A stretch of DNA of 64,000 nt from a bacterium. Its GTDB lineage: Bacteria > Patescibacteriota > Minisyncoccia > Phycocordibacterales > UBA2100. Below, piece after piece: positions 37,352-47,060 of this stretch. The notes under the pieces are model-generated. The model did no database searches, was not told the DNA's origin, and saw only the letters and a program-made list of their open reading frames with translations. How positions within the stretch are numbered: the first letter of the stretch is position 1; the number at the start of each line of letters is the position of its first letter. The position numbers were made by a program, and so were the translations under genes. Location: NCBI GenBank assembly GCA_038128225.1, contig JAYPJF010000001.1, forward strand, positions 94,458 through 158,457. Reading direction: 5' to 3'.

Positions 37352-38008
37352 TTATTTTTCGTTGCGCTTTGCAAGCACGGCAACTGATCGATCGGGGTCA
37401 ATAACGACTATGTGTGCGTACGTAAGTGCGTCAACAGGATTTAGATTCTGCGTAGTCTCCACCACAACGTTTCCCATATTGCGGAAACTCTTTTTGATGA
37501 TCGGGTTTGATTCAGGAATCGAAACCAAAACGGCATTACGCTTCTTTGAAATCTTCACCCCCGCCACCGCAAGTGCGTCAAGTACTCGTTTTGCATCTTT
37601 TGTTTTCGGTGTTTCAAACGGGAGTGCATCCACAAAAATCACTGACCCGTCAGTAAACTTTTTCGAAAGAACGCTGAAAAGTGCCTTGGTACGCATTTTC
37701 CGATTTACTTTTTGCGCATAGTTTTTCTCGCTTAAAGGCCCATGTGTTACACCGCCACCTTTCCAAATCGGAGATCGTATGGAGCCATGGCGAGCGCGCC
37801 CGGTGCCTTTTTGTTTCCATGGTTTTTTACCGCCACCCCGTACTTCACCTCGCCCTTTTGTGTCAGCAACTGGGGTACGTGCGTTTGCTTGCATCGCGCG
37901 CACCACCTGACTTACTAGAGCCTCGTTCCACTTGACGCCAAACACGGCTTCCGGAAGTGTCACCGATCCGTTCTTTTTCCCTTCGTATGTATATACATCT
38001 GCTTTCAT
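37352..38008 (-). CDS. rplD: 50S ribosomal protein L4
   Basis: L4 family match. Confidence 0.9.
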   Translation of the reverse strand: MKADVYTYEGKKNGSVTLPEAVFGVKWNEALVSQVVRAMQANARTPVADTKGRGEVRGGGKKPWKQKGTGRARHGSIRSPIWKGGGVTHGPLSEKNYAQKVNRKMRTKALFSVLSKKFTDGSVIFVDALPFETPKTKDAKRVLDALAVAGVKISKKRNAVLVSIPESNPIIKKSFRNMGNVVVETTQNLNPVDALTYAHIVVIDPDRSVAVLAKRNEK

Positions 38009-38011
38009 ACT

Positions 38012-38623
38012 CTATGCTGCTGAAATTTCTACCAATGTCCCCGGGCGCCCTGGTACCGCTCCTGAAATAACAAGCGTGCCTGTATCAGTGTTTACTTGAA
38101 GCACCTGGAGGTTTCTCACGGTTACACGATCCCCACCCATGCGACCCGCCATGCGCATCCCCTTAATAACACGTCCGCCTGCGCGACCACCGCCCCCGAT
38201 TGAACCAGGTGCGCGTTCTGAGTGCTTGCGACCATGTGAGCGCATGTCTCCGCTGAACCCATGTCGCTTTACGACACCTTGGAAACCTTTCGCTTTTGAA
38301 ACCGCTGACACGCTAACCATGTCGCCTGGCGTGAACACAGAAAGATCCACTACCTGTCCACGGGTAAACGCTTCTGTTGTCTGTACTTCCTTAAGCGCAC
38401 GAAATACTCCGAGTTCTTTTGTGTGTCCCCGTTCAGGTTTGGTGCTATGTTTTTCTTTTTTATTTCCAAACCCAAGCTGCACTGCCTGGTACCCGTCGCT
38501 TTCCTGTGTTTTGAGCTGAGTTACGGTAAGCGGTCCTGCAGTAATGATCGTCGCAGCACGAACGTTGCCTTCTGCGTCAAAGATTTGTGTCATCGCCCCT
38601 TTGATACCGATCATGAATTTCAT
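38012..38623 (-). CDS. rplC: 50S ribosomal protein L3
   Basis: The start is refined to MKFMIGIKGAMTQIF. An upstream promoter (TTGCAA, 16 nt, TATAGT) sits at 38691..38718. Confidence 0.9.
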   Translation of the reverse strand: MKFMIGIKGAMTQIFDAEGNVRAATIITAGPLTVTQLKTQESDGYQAVQLGFGNKKEKHSTKPERGHTKELGVFRALKEVQTTEAFTRGQVVDLSVFTPGDMVSVSAVSKAKGFQGVVKRHGFSGDMRSHGRKHSERAPGSIGGGGRAGGRVIKGMRMAGRMGGDRVTVRNLQVLQVNTDTGTLVISGAVPGRPGTLVEISAA

Positions 38624-38690
38624 ATAAAAATTGCGCCAAACAACAATGGCGCCATGGCCATTGGTCCCTCCTGGGACGTAGCGTGCAGGC

Positions 38691-38718
38691 ACTATACACA
38701 AAGATTTTTAGATTGCAA
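38691..38718 (-). promoter_or_regulatory. Sigma70-like promoter for rplC
   Basis: TTGCAA, 16 nt, TATAGT on the minus strand, inside what the ORF track shows as the long 5' extension of L3. Confidence 0.5.
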
Positions 38719-38721
38719 GTT

Positions 38722-39096
38722 TCACTGCCGTGAGAGCGCCCCGCCTTGTTCCATTTTGCGATATATGAAATACCCGAGCGCGAGAACTATTAGCACCAAA
38801 ACACCCAGTGCAATAGAGTGCCCCCCGCGAGATTGTTCTTGAGGCACCTCCGATTCAACAAACCCATCATTACTCTCAAACTCGGGCGTAGCAACCGATT
38901 CAGTAATACGTTCAGGCGTAATACCTGCCTCAACTGATTTTTTTGTAAGAGAAGCGACGAGTGTGTCAAAATCTCCCTGCGACAACCCCTCTGTGGTCGC
39001 CTGTTCTTGAAGGGCAGCGCGAATCTCAGCAGCTACACTGGCTTCTTGCGCGTAAACCGGCACCGCAATCACTAAAAACAAAAACGCAATGATCAT
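38722..39096 (-). CDS. Hypothetical small secreted/membrane-anchored protein inserted between rpsJ and rplC
   Basis: N-terminal signal/transmembrane segment MIIAFLFLVIAVPVYA, an acidic middle region, and a C-terminal transmembrane segment LGVLVLIVLALGYFIY. Confidence 0.5.
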   Translation of the reverse strand: MIIAFLFLVIAVPVYAQEASVAAEIRAALQEQATTEGLSQGDFDTLVASLTKKSVEAGITPERITESVATPEFESNDGFVESEVPQEQSRGGHSIALGVLVLIVLALGYFIYRKMEQGGALSRQ

Positions 39097-39190
39097 GCGG
39101 GAAGTATACCGCACGCGCGATCCATAACATCCCCTTATCAACAAAACCCGCTTGCGGGCGGGTTTTGTTGCGTTTCCTCAAGGAAACACT

Positions 39191-39544
39191 TTACATCATT
39201 TTTACGTCAATATTGACTCCTGAAGGCAAATCAATGTTTGTAAGTGCCTCAATGATCTTCGGTTCAGGATTCATGATGTCGATCATCCGTTTGTGAACTC
39301 TCATTTCGAATTGTTCTCGCGCGTCCTTGTGGACGAATGTCGAACGGTTCACGGTGTATTTACGGATATCAATGGGGAGCGGTACAGGTCCAACCACTTT
39401 CGCATTGAAGCGTACAGCGGTGTCCATGATTTGTTTGACTGCGTTATCAAGCACGCGATGTTCATATGCGCGTACGCGTATACGAAGCCGTCCTTGGGCA
39501 TCAGTCTTTTTTGTCCGCTTTGAAGCTGTCATAGTACAAGCCAC
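39191..39544 (-). CDS. rpsJ: 30S ribosomal protein S10
   Basis: RLRIRVRAYEHRVLDNAVKQIMDTAVRFNAKVVGPVPLP. Confidence 0.9.
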   Translation of the reverse strand: MACTMTASKRTKKTDAQGRLRIRVRAYEHRVLDNAVKQIMDTAVRFNAKVVGPVPLPIDIRKYTVNRSTFVHKDAREQFEMRVHKRMIDIMNPEPKIIEALTNIDLPSGVNIDVKMM

Positions 39545-39577
39545 GAGACTCTAACGAAACACCTCGTGAAAGTCAAG

Positions 39578-40777
39578 TTAGGCAACAACTTTAGTTACTA
39601 CACCTGCGCCAACGGTCTTGCCACCCTCGCGAATAGCAAAGCGCTGCTGCTCTTCAAGAGCAATCGGGCCGACGAGTTTTACCTTGAAGGTAACCGTATC
39701 GCCTGGCATAACCATCTCGACACCCTCTTTAAGCGTTACCTCACCGGTAACATCGGTAGTACGCATGTAGAATTGCGGTTTATACCCTGAGAAGAATGGC
39801 GTATGGCGACCGCCTTCCTCCTTCGAAAGAATGTAGACTTCCGACTCAAATTCTGTGTGAGGAGTAATTGAGCCAGGAGCACACAAAACTTGTCCGCGAT
39901 GCACATCTTCCTTTTTTGTGCCGCGCAAAAGAATTCCTGCGTTGTCTCCAGCTTCGCCATGATCAAGTGATTTGTTGAACATTTCGATGCCAGTTACCGT
40001 TGTTTTTGCAGTGTCCTTGATGCCAACAATCTCGACATCAGCACCTACCTTGAGAACGCCGCGTTCGATACGACCAGTAACCACGGTTCCGCGACCCTCG
40101 ATCGAGAAGATGTCCTCAATCGGCATGAGAAACGGCTTTTCTTTGTCACGCTGCGGCATTGGAATGTACTCGTCGAGCGCTTTTACAAGTTCAAGTACTT
40201 TTTGTGCCCATGGATCGTCAACCGATGAAGCTTCAAGTGCCTTAAGACCCGAACCGCGAATTACCGGTGCGTTAGCGCCGTCAAATTCGTACTTGGTCAA
40301 AAGTTCACGCACCTCTTCTTCAACGAGATCGATAAGGTCATTGTCCTCAACCATGTCGCACTTATTGAGCCAAACAATGATCTTAGGCACACCCACTTGG
40401 CGAGCCAAGAGAATGTGTTCGCGAGTCTGTGGCATAACACCATCGGTTGCTGCAACCACCAAAACTGCGCCATCCATCTGTGCGGCACCCGTGATCATGT
40501 TTTTGATGTAATCAGCGTGCCCTGGAGCATCGATGTGAGCGTAGTGCCGATTCGGCGTCCAGTACTCAGAGTGGTGAATCGAAATGGTAATGCCGCGAGC
40601 CTTTTCCTCGGGCGCGGAGTCGATTTTATCGACTGCCTCAACGCGCGCACCATATCCTTGGTCCTTGGCCATATCCAAAACCCTAAGGATTGCAGCGGTC
40701 GAGGTTGTCTTGCCGTGGTCAACGTGGCCAATGGTGCCCACGTTTACGTGCGGCTTCGAACGATCGAAATCTGTCAT
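39578..40777 (-). CDS. tuf: Elongation factor Tu
   Basis: GHVDHGKTT; full-length EF-Tu of 399 aa. Confidence 0.97.
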   Translation of the reverse strand: MTDFDRSKPHVNVGTIGHVDHGKTTSTAAILRVLDMAKDQGYGARVEAVDKIDSAPEEKARGITISIHHSEYWTPNRHYAHIDAPGHADYIKNMITGAAQMDGAVLVVAATDGVMPQTREHILLARQVGVPKIIVWLNKCDMVEDNDLIDLVEEEVRELLTKYEFDGANAPVIRGSGLKALEASSVDDPWAQKVLELVKALDEYIPMPQRDKEKPFLMPIEDIFSIEGRGTVVTGRIERGVLKVGADVEIVGIKDTAKTTVTGIEMFNKSLDHGEAGDNAGILLRGTKKEDVHRGQVLCAPGSITPHTEFESEVYILSKEEGGRHTPFFSGYKPQFYMRTTDVTGEVTLKEGVEMVMPGDTVTFKVKLVGPIALEEQQRFAIREGGKTVGAGVVTKVVA

Positions 40778-41080
40778 AATAAATAGCTTACGGGACCGTT
40801 AGATACGAAAGCGCAAGAACATGCCTCTCGTCTCTAACGCTACCCACTTATAAACGAAGGCGCGTACTGCGCCGATCGTAAAAAAAGTGTAACAGAGTTA
40901 CAGTGCACGTCAAGAAAGACCTTCGGCACCTCGTTAATTTTTATACCGTATAAAAGCATGTTTCTACACCACTGCTCACATCGGAAGTGCACGCAAACTG
41001 TTGCTCCCCGCACTTAGCTGTCCTTCTGTTACTTTATAGGCGCACCGAACGATACGATGCGAGAAAGGTGTTTTGATAGG

Positions 41081-42253
41081 CTATTCCCCACCATGCTCCA
41101 TCTCTAGCGTATACAAGCCAGCACGATCAGGCACAACTCCATGAACAACCATATCGTTTGCAATATACGTATGATCCCCGCTAACGTATAAGTTATAGAG
41201 TTTCTGAGCTTCTTGCGTGTTAGGGATTACTTCAAGAGTTTCCACTACAAGTTCGCCATCTGCAAGAAGGATAACGTCTCCAACATCCAGCTGTCCAACA
41301 CGTCCTGCAAGCTGATCATATGCTTCAACTTCAGCCATTGACGGGTTTGCTGCTTTCCACCCTTCAGCGGTCATCACAGGGTGGTTGTCGGTCATAAACG
41401 GCTCACCTCCATTTATACGAATCAGGTGCTGTGGTTTGCTTTCCCACAGCATTGTGTGGTCGAGTGCAAGCACGACATTACTACCACCATGGGGAGCGCG
41501 CACATGGTCACCAACACGAATTTCGTAAATCGGTTTTTGCGAACCGTCTTCCATTGTCACCAAGGTTTCTTTAGTGAAACAAGAACAACGCCCGCCACTT
41601 GGGCATCCTGAAGAAGTGAGTGTGCCATTAACGCATCTCGTTACGTTCACACCGTTAACACTTCCAGTACAACCGCTTGTACAAATACTCACAGCCGATA
41701 CAGCACCATTGGGTACATCCCCACACGTAGTGGTACTGCAGACAATACCGTCTCCGGCACTATTTGCCTTACAATACCTACTTGCCGTGAGCGTACTGAC
41801 TTGTGGGTCTGTTTCCGTGTATGAAAGCAGTGGCTGGTCGGAGGTACACGTTACCTGTGTCCCGTTAGTGGTACACCACTTCCCACTTGTAAGCGTACCT
41901 ACCTGAGGGTCTGATTCACTTACTGAGGTGAAGTTGGTCCACCCCCCACCGCTGTTTTTGTATTCAATGACCCCCGCATTATCCCTGATACCGTATCCGG
42001 CCGATCCTGCAGTCGTACCAAAATTTAAGTATCGAGAGGCACCGGAGAGAATCGCGTTTCCGTATACCGCGAGCGAGTTTACACCAAGACCCGCGTTCTT
42101 GATCTGATCAGTTGTCCCAACATTAACGGGAGCCGACACGTTTCCATTTGGAGGTGTCTGCGTAGGGCCCGTCCAGGCATACACAACACCAAGCGTCGCA
42201 AAAATTACAGCTCCTGTTATGAACGACGCGATGTGTGAAAGGGGTTTGGGCAT
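41081..42253 (-). CDS. Secreted protein with N-terminal Cys-containing repeats and a C-terminal Hint (hedgehog/intein-like, BIL-type) domain
   Basis: N-terminal hydrophobic segment. Repeats ESDPQVGTLTSGKWCTT and ETDPQVSTLTASRYCKA. The Hint domain starts CFTKETLVTMEDGSQKPIYEIRVGDHV and ends YNLYVSGDHTYIANDMVVHG, matching the intein N- and C-terminal splicing blocks. Confidence 0.65.
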   Translation of the reverse strand: MPKPLSHIASFITGAVIFATLGVVYAWTGPTQTPPNGNVSAPVNVGTTDQIKNAGLGVNSLAVYGNAILSGASRYLNFGTTAGSAGYGIRDNAGVIEYKNSGGGWTNFTSVSESDPQVGTLTSGKWCTTNGTQVTCTSDQPLLSYTETDPQVSTLTASRYCKANSAGDGIVCSTTTCGDVPNGAVSAVSICTSGCTGSVNGVNVTRCVNGTLTSSGCPSGGRCSCFTKETLVTMEDGSQKPIYEIRVGDHVRAPHGGSNVVLALDHTMLWESKPQHLIRINGGEPFMTDNHPVMTAEGWKAANPSMAEVEAYDQLAGRVGQLDVGDVILLADGELVVETLEVIPNTQEAQKLYNLYVSGDHTYIANDMVVHGVVPDRAGLYTLEMEHGGE

Positions 42254-42255
42254 AC

Positions 42256-43140
42256 TTATAGTTCACGCCAAAATGGCACAGCTCTAATAGTAACACTCTC
42301 TTCCAGAGTAGAATCGTCTAGACCTGTGCATGAAAGTGTGTATGTAACCGTGGCAGTAACCGGCGAGGATGTCTGGGAACCCGAAAGTCCACTCCACGCA
42401 TCACCATTCCCCGAAACGGTACACGAGACCGCGTCATCAGTACTCCAGGTGATTGTTGCCGTAGTACCTCGTACCAATAAAGACGGTGTTGCAGTGATCG
42501 TGCCGCCTGGGTCTGGTGCCGGTACACACGCACCGCTTTGACACTGGTAGCTACACACCTGCGGCGTGCCAGCAATCGTATCGATACCACATGACAAATC
42601 TTTATAGTGAAGCGTATCGTCAGTACAGTAGTACCCGTACGTCTGCTCGCAAGGATAATTTGCAGAAAAATCAATCCACCCCAGGTTTGTATCCCCCCAC
42701 GCCCAATCTAAAATCGCATTGCCAACCGCACTGAGACCGTAGGAAACCCCGTCAAGACTAACCCATCCATCCCACGCTCCATTTTGCGGATCTGAGGACG
42801 AAAGAACTTTCAACCACCCAGTCACTGAGCTCCCAGAAACTTGCGGAGTACATGGTGCACTAGGACATCCAGTCACATCAGCTGTTTGGGCGCTGATCCA
42901 ACCAACGTTCTCACTCCACGCATACCCAGAAATGACGCCACTTCCATTCATCGAGAGTCCGTACGAGACAGTACTGCATGTACCCAGGTCGCTGCAATTG
43001 AGCGAAATCCATCCAATTGTGTCGCTCCACGCCCACCCAGTTATTGCTTGTGTGCTTTGGGAAAATGCCGCGCGAGGTGCAAGAAACGATCCTGCCAGGA
43101 TCATACAGAACGCAAATGCCACAAGGAGCGAGTGCTTCAT
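42256..43140 (-). CDS. Secreted protein with repeated G(W/Y)AWS(D/E)xxGWI motifs
   Basis: Signal peptide MKHSLLVAFAFCMILAGSFLAPRAAFS. Motifs GWAWSDTIGWISLNC, GYAWSENVGWISAQT, LDWAWGDTNLGWIDFS. Confidence 0.55.
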   Translation of the reverse strand: MKHSLLVAFAFCMILAGSFLAPRAAFSQSTQAITGWAWSDTIGWISLNCSDLGTCSTVSYGLSMNGSGVISGYAWSENVGWISAQTADVTGCPSAPCTPQVSGSSVTGWLKVLSSSDPQNGAWDGWVSLDGVSYGLSAVGNAILDWAWGDTNLGWIDFSANYPCEQTYGYYCTDDTLHYKDLSCGIDTIAGTPQVCSYQCQSGACVPAPDPGGTITATPSLLVRGTTATITWSTDDAVSCTVSGNGDAWSGLSGSQTSSPVTATVTYTLSCTGLDDSTLEESVTIRAVPFWREL

Positions 43141-43514
43141 AGATCAGTTAAACGCACAGAGCTGAGGATTTGGAGTTTTTCTTCCTCAGACATGTTTTGT
43201 GACGGGCTTCCGCTGACTTGCTCAAGAACCTCGAGTTTTTCAACCTCGGATAGTGCCGAGGGCTGTGTCGTCTCTTGTACCGCACGAAGTATTTCTTCTT
43301 TGTTCAAAACACCTCCCTCGTCGTCACCAAGCGCGTCATGCGGTTCAAAAACGGGGGCTGTGTTTACCTGCGACCCTGAAAAAAAATAAAACGCAAAAAA
43401 GAGCAGCACGCCTGCAAGCGCAAATCCGATACTAAACTCAAGTATCGGATGGAATGCGCGTTCCCCGCGCAAAAAACGTACCCACGCACTCTCTGTGGGA
43501 ACTTGCTCACTCAT
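43137..43514 (-). CDS. Hypothetical small membrane-anchored protein (125 aa)
   Basis: One transmembrane helix (ILEFSIGFALAGVLLFFAFYFF) followed by an acidic tail. ATGA overlap with the upstream gene. Confidence 0.45.
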   Translation of the reverse strand: MSEQVPTESAWVRFLRGERAFHPILEFSIGFALAGVLLFFAFYFFSGSQVNTAPVFEPHDALGDDEGGVLNKEEILRAVQETTQPSALSEVEKLEVLEQVSGSPSQNMSEEEKLQILSSVRLTDL

Positions 43515-43572
43515 GTCGGCAGTATACTACTCCCGAAGCGAAGACGAGCGAGCCCTTGTGGATGAAAATGAT

Positions 43573-45717
43573 TTACTTCCGACTTGCCATTACTTCATCA
43601 GCAACGTTTCGTGGAACAACCGCGTAGTGATCAAATTCCATAGTTGAGTTTGCACGACCTTCGGTCATAGAGCGAAGCACTGTTGTGTACCCAAACATTT
43701 CTGAGAGCGGTACGTGTGCCGTGATTACCTTGAGTCCCCCAGTACGATCATCGATTGACTGAATTGAGCCGCGTTTACCATTGAGATTGCCCGTAACATC
43801 ACCCATAAATTTTTCCGGTGTTACGACTTCGATTTTCATAATAGGCTCGAGAAGTGCTGGCTTGGCAGATCGCACTGCTTCTTGAAATGCCTGCGAAGCA
43901 GCGATTTTGAAGGCGATTTCTGATGAGTCGACTTCGTGGTATGTACCATCAAACAATTCGACTGAAATATCCACGACTGGATACCCTGCAAGCACACCGC
44001 GCCCCATCGCTTCGCGTACACCTTTCTGCACTGCGGGAATATATTCGTTCGGAATAACACCACCTTTAATGTTGTTGATGAATTCGAAATGATCTTCGCG
44101 CGTGACGCTATGCGGGATTTTTGCACCTTCCTCTAACGGTTCCAGCGGCTTCACGCGGATCTTTACGTGGCCATATTGGCCCTTACCACCAGTCTGCTTG
44201 ATGTATTTGTTTTCGATCTCAGCGTTGCCTTGAATGGTTTCGCGATACGCAACCTGTGGTTTGCCAAGCGTTGCCTCAACACCAAATTCTCGGCGCATAC
44301 GGTCAACAATAATATCGAGGTGTAACTCACCCATTCCCGCAACAAGCGTGTCGCCTGTTTCTTCATCCGAATACACACGGAATGTTGGATCTTCGTCACC
44401 AAGTTTGGCAAGCGCCATACCCATTTTTTCTTGGTCGTTCTTAGTTTTAGGCTCGATACGAGCTGAAAGAACTGGTTCGCGGAATTTAATTTGTTCGAGA
44501 ATAATTGGACTCTTCTCATCACAGATTGTATGACCGATTTTTGCCTCTTTTGCTCCAACGAGTGCAGCAATTTCTCCCGTGAACACCTTTTTTATTTCTT
44601 CTCGCTTGTCTGCCTGAAGGCGAACAATACGTCCAACTCGCTCCTTTGTTCCGTTCGATGCATTGTACACATAACTCCCTGCTTCAAGGGTGCCTGAATA
44701 GACGCGGAAGAACGAAAGTTGCCCCACGAACGGGTCAGCCTGGAGTTTAAAGACGAGCGCGGCAAAAGGTTCTGCGTCTGATGGGCCGCGAGTAATCTCT
44801 TCGCCAGTGTCAGGATTTACTCCCTTAGCTGCAGGAAGATCGAGAGGACAAGGAAGATAGTCAACGACGGCATCGAGCACTAACTGGACTCCTTTGTTTT
44901 TGAGCGCCGTCCCACACAAGACAGGGAATATTTTGTTCGCAATGACTGCCTTACGCAGCGTAGTCTTAAGTTCTGAAAGTGACGGCTCCTTACCTTCAAG
45001 GTATGCACTCATCAGACCCTCATCGTGTTCGACGATCGCTTCGATTAATTCCGCGCGGTACTTACCCGCGTCCGCCTTGAAAGCCTCTGGAATTGGCCCC
45101 GCAATAACCTCTTTACCTTTATCCCCCGCAAAGGTGTATGCCTGCATCGTCAAAAGATCAATAACACCTTCCATTGCATCCTCTTCTCCCATAGGAAGTT
45201 GTGTGCGAATTGCGTTTTTAGACAAGCGATCTTTGATCATTCCGTATGAGCGTTCAAAAGAAGCGCCGGTGCGATCAAGTTTATTCACAAAACAAAGCCG
45301 TGGCACATTCGCGTCTTCCGCATAGCGCCAGTTAGTTTCTGTCTGAGGCTCAACTCCCGCGACACCGTCAAATACGACAACGGCGCCGTCTAGCACACGC
45401 ATTGAACGCTGCACTTCTGAGGTGAAGTCAATGTGTCCCGGAGTATCGATGATATTGAAACGGTGCTTGTTAGAAGTGTCAGCACCCATGTATGTTGGGT
45501 TCCAGAAACACGTGATTGCAGCAGCGGTGATGGTAATGCCGCGCTCGCGCTCCTGCTCCATCCAGTCGGTCACTGTAGCACCCTCGTGCACCTCTCCGAT
45601 TTTATGGCTTTCGCCAGTGTAGAAAAGAATGCGCTCCGATGTGGTTGTTTTTCCCGCATCAATGTGGGCGATAATACCGAAGTTGCGGACTTTCTCGAGT
45701 GGGTAGTCGCGGTTCAT
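43573..45717 (-). CDS. fusA: Elongation factor G
   Basis: AHIDAGKTT; full-length EF-G of 714 aa. Confidence 0.97.
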   Translation of the reverse strand: MNRDYPLEKVRNFGIIAHIDAGKTTTSERILFYTGESHKIGEVHEGATVTDWMEQERERGITITAAAITCFWNPTYMGADTSNKHRFNIIDTPGHIDFTSEVQRSMRVLDGAVVVFDGVAGVEPQTETNWRYAEDANVPRLCFVNKLDRTGASFERSYGMIKDRLSKNAIRTQLPMGEEDAMEGVIDLLTMQAYTFAGDKGKEVIAGPIPEAFKADAGKYRAELIEAIVEHDEGLMSAYLEGKEPSLSELKTTLRKAVIANKIFPVLCGTALKNKGVQLVLDAVVDYLPCPLDLPAAKGVNPDTGEEITRGPSDAEPFAALVFKLQADPFVGQLSFFRVYSGTLEAGSYVYNASNGTKERVGRIVRLQADKREEIKKVFTGEIAALVGAKEAKIGHTICDEKSPIILEQIKFREPVLSARIEPKTKNDQEKMGMALAKLGDEDPTFRVYSDEETGDTLVAGMGELHLDIIVDRMRREFGVEATLGKPQVAYRETIQGNAEIENKYIKQTGGKGQYGHVKIRVKPLEPLEEGAKIPHSVTREDHFEFINNIKGGVIPNEYIPAVQKGVREAMGRGVLAGYPVVDISVELFDGTYHEVDSSEIAFKIAASQAFQEAVRSAKPALLEPIMKIEVVTPEKFMGDVTGNLNGKRGSIQSIDDRTGGLKVITAHVPLSEMFGYTTVLRSMTEGRANSTMEFDHYAVVPRNVADEVMASRK

Positions 45718-45729
45718 AGGAGGCCTATA

Positions 45730-46191
45730 CTACCACGCAAAGTGAGCAAACGCTTTGTTTGCTTCCGCCATTTTGTGCATATTATCTTTTTTAGCAATTG
45801 CCGCCCCTTCATTGTTGCGCGCTTGGAGAATTTCTTGCGCAAGCTGCTTTCCCATAGGTATCCCTTTTGCCGCTTCTGCAGTTTGTACTATCCACCGAAG
45901 CGCGAGTGCGAGCTGGCGTTCCGGACGAACAGGAACTGGAACTTGGTAGTTTGCGCCACCAACACGACGTGACCGTACTTCAAGATTTGGTTGCACATTT
46001 TGGAGTGCTTCCTCAAAAATCGCTACCGGATCTCCTTCTTTTTTCATTTCTTCAAACGCTGCATACACTACTTTTCGCGCAGTATCTTTCTTACCGCGCT
46101 CCATCACGTAATTGATGAGTTTGGCAACACGAACCGATTTATATCTCGGGTCTGGTGCGGTGGTAGGTTTTTTCTTAAGCGGACGTCGCAT
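45730..46191 (-). CDS. rpsG: 30S ribosomal protein S7
   Basis: S7 family match. Confidence 0.9.
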   Translation of the reverse strand: MRRPLKKKPTTAPDPRYKSVRVAKLINYVMERGKKDTARKVVYAAFEEMKKEGDPVAIFEEALQNVQPNLEVRSRRVGGANYQVPVPVRPERQLALALRWIVQTAEAAKGIPMGKQLAQEILQARNNEGAAIAKKDNMHKMAEANKAFAHFAW

Positions 46192-46193
46192 AA

Positions 46194-46604
46194 TTAGTTT
46201 TTAGGTTTCTTTGCTCCATAGCGCGAGCGGCCGCGGCGGCGTGCATCAACTCCCGTTGCATCAAGTTTACCGCGCACGATAGTGTATCGGAGTCCGATGT
46301 CTTTTACACGACCTCCTCGAAGAAGCACGACCGAGTGCTCTTGGAGCGCGTGTTTCTCACCAGGGATATACGCCGTTACTTCTTGCTGGTTTGTAAGGCG
46401 CACGCGAGCGATTTTTCGAATAGCTGAGTTAGGTTTTCGAGGAGTTTTTGTAGTTACCTTCACACACACCCCACGCTTAAAAGGCGCCGGGTAAAATGTT
46501 GGGCGGTTCTGAATAGTATTAAAACCACGGCGCAGTGCAGTAGTTTTCGATTTAGAAATCTTATCCTTGCGGGATTTTCGTACGAGCTGATTGATTGTTG
46601 CCAT
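46194..46604 (-). CDS. rpsL: 30S ribosomal protein S12
   Basis: [11 protein letters not shown] block; 136 aa. Confidence 0.92.
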   Translation of the reverse strand: MATINQLVRKSRKDKISKSKTTALRRGFNTIQNRPTFYPAPFKRGVCVKVTTKTPRKPNSAIRKIARVRLTNQQEVTAYIPGEKHALQEHSVVLLRGGRVKDIGLRYTIVRGKLDATGVDARRRGRSRYGAKKPKN

Positions 46605-46660
46605 AGCAAAAATGCGCCAAAGCGCGCTGCGAGTGTACTATGCAATTTCTTGGCGCGCAA
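46605..46660 (-). promoter_or_regulatory. Promoter (TTGCGC, 17 nt, TACACT) and the same Shine-Dalgarno-less 25-nt leader abutting the rpsL ATG
   Basis: CGCGCTTTGGCGCATTTTTGCT-ATG, identical to the rpsS leader. Confidence 0.5.
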
Positions 46661-46670
46661 GACCCTCCTC

Positions 46671-47060
46671 TTACTCGACCACGTGAACAACGCCGGTGTA
46701 GTAAGAGCGAATATGGTCATGGAGTCCCCATGTTCCGACTTTATCAAACGTGAACTGCCACATCTCATCTGATTCCAGAGGTCGCCCTGGATCAAATTCG
46801 GGATAAATCTCGTGAGCAGGATGTAAGTCAGACGCAGGCCAATGCTGGGATTTGTTTTCAGACCGAAAAGTGACTGTAGTATTTTTTCTAATCGTTATTT
46901 CTCGAGGTTCGTACCCTTCTGCAGTAAGCACAACGGTTGCGGTGCCCGAAAGTATTGTTGGAAATTCTGTTTTTTCTGCACGAGAGTAAAACCACCACGC
47001 CAATAACATCGCCACGCAAACAAGCACGCCACCTCCGACGAGCATCATTCTCTTGCTCAT
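46671..47060 (-). CDS. Membrane-anchored beta-sandwich protein, possibly cupredoxin-like but lacking the Cu ligand Cys
   Basis: N-terminal transmembrane segment, with TVTFRSEN...HWPASDLHPAHE...TWGLHDH...YTGVVHVVE. Confidence 0.3.
   Translation of the reverse strand: MSKRMMLVGGGVLVCVAMLLAWWFYSRAEKTEFPTILSGTATVVLTAEGYEPREITIRKNTTVTFRSENKSQHWPASDLHPAHEIYPEFDPGRPLESDEMWQFTFDKVGTWGLHDHIRSYYTGVVHVVE

Noticed and set aside
40778-41080. 300-nt noncoding region upstream of tuf as a possible ncRNA or riboswitch
   Set aside because: Only one short hairpin (40858..40873), which is better explained as the terminator of the upstream cassette. No recognisable riboswitch consensus.
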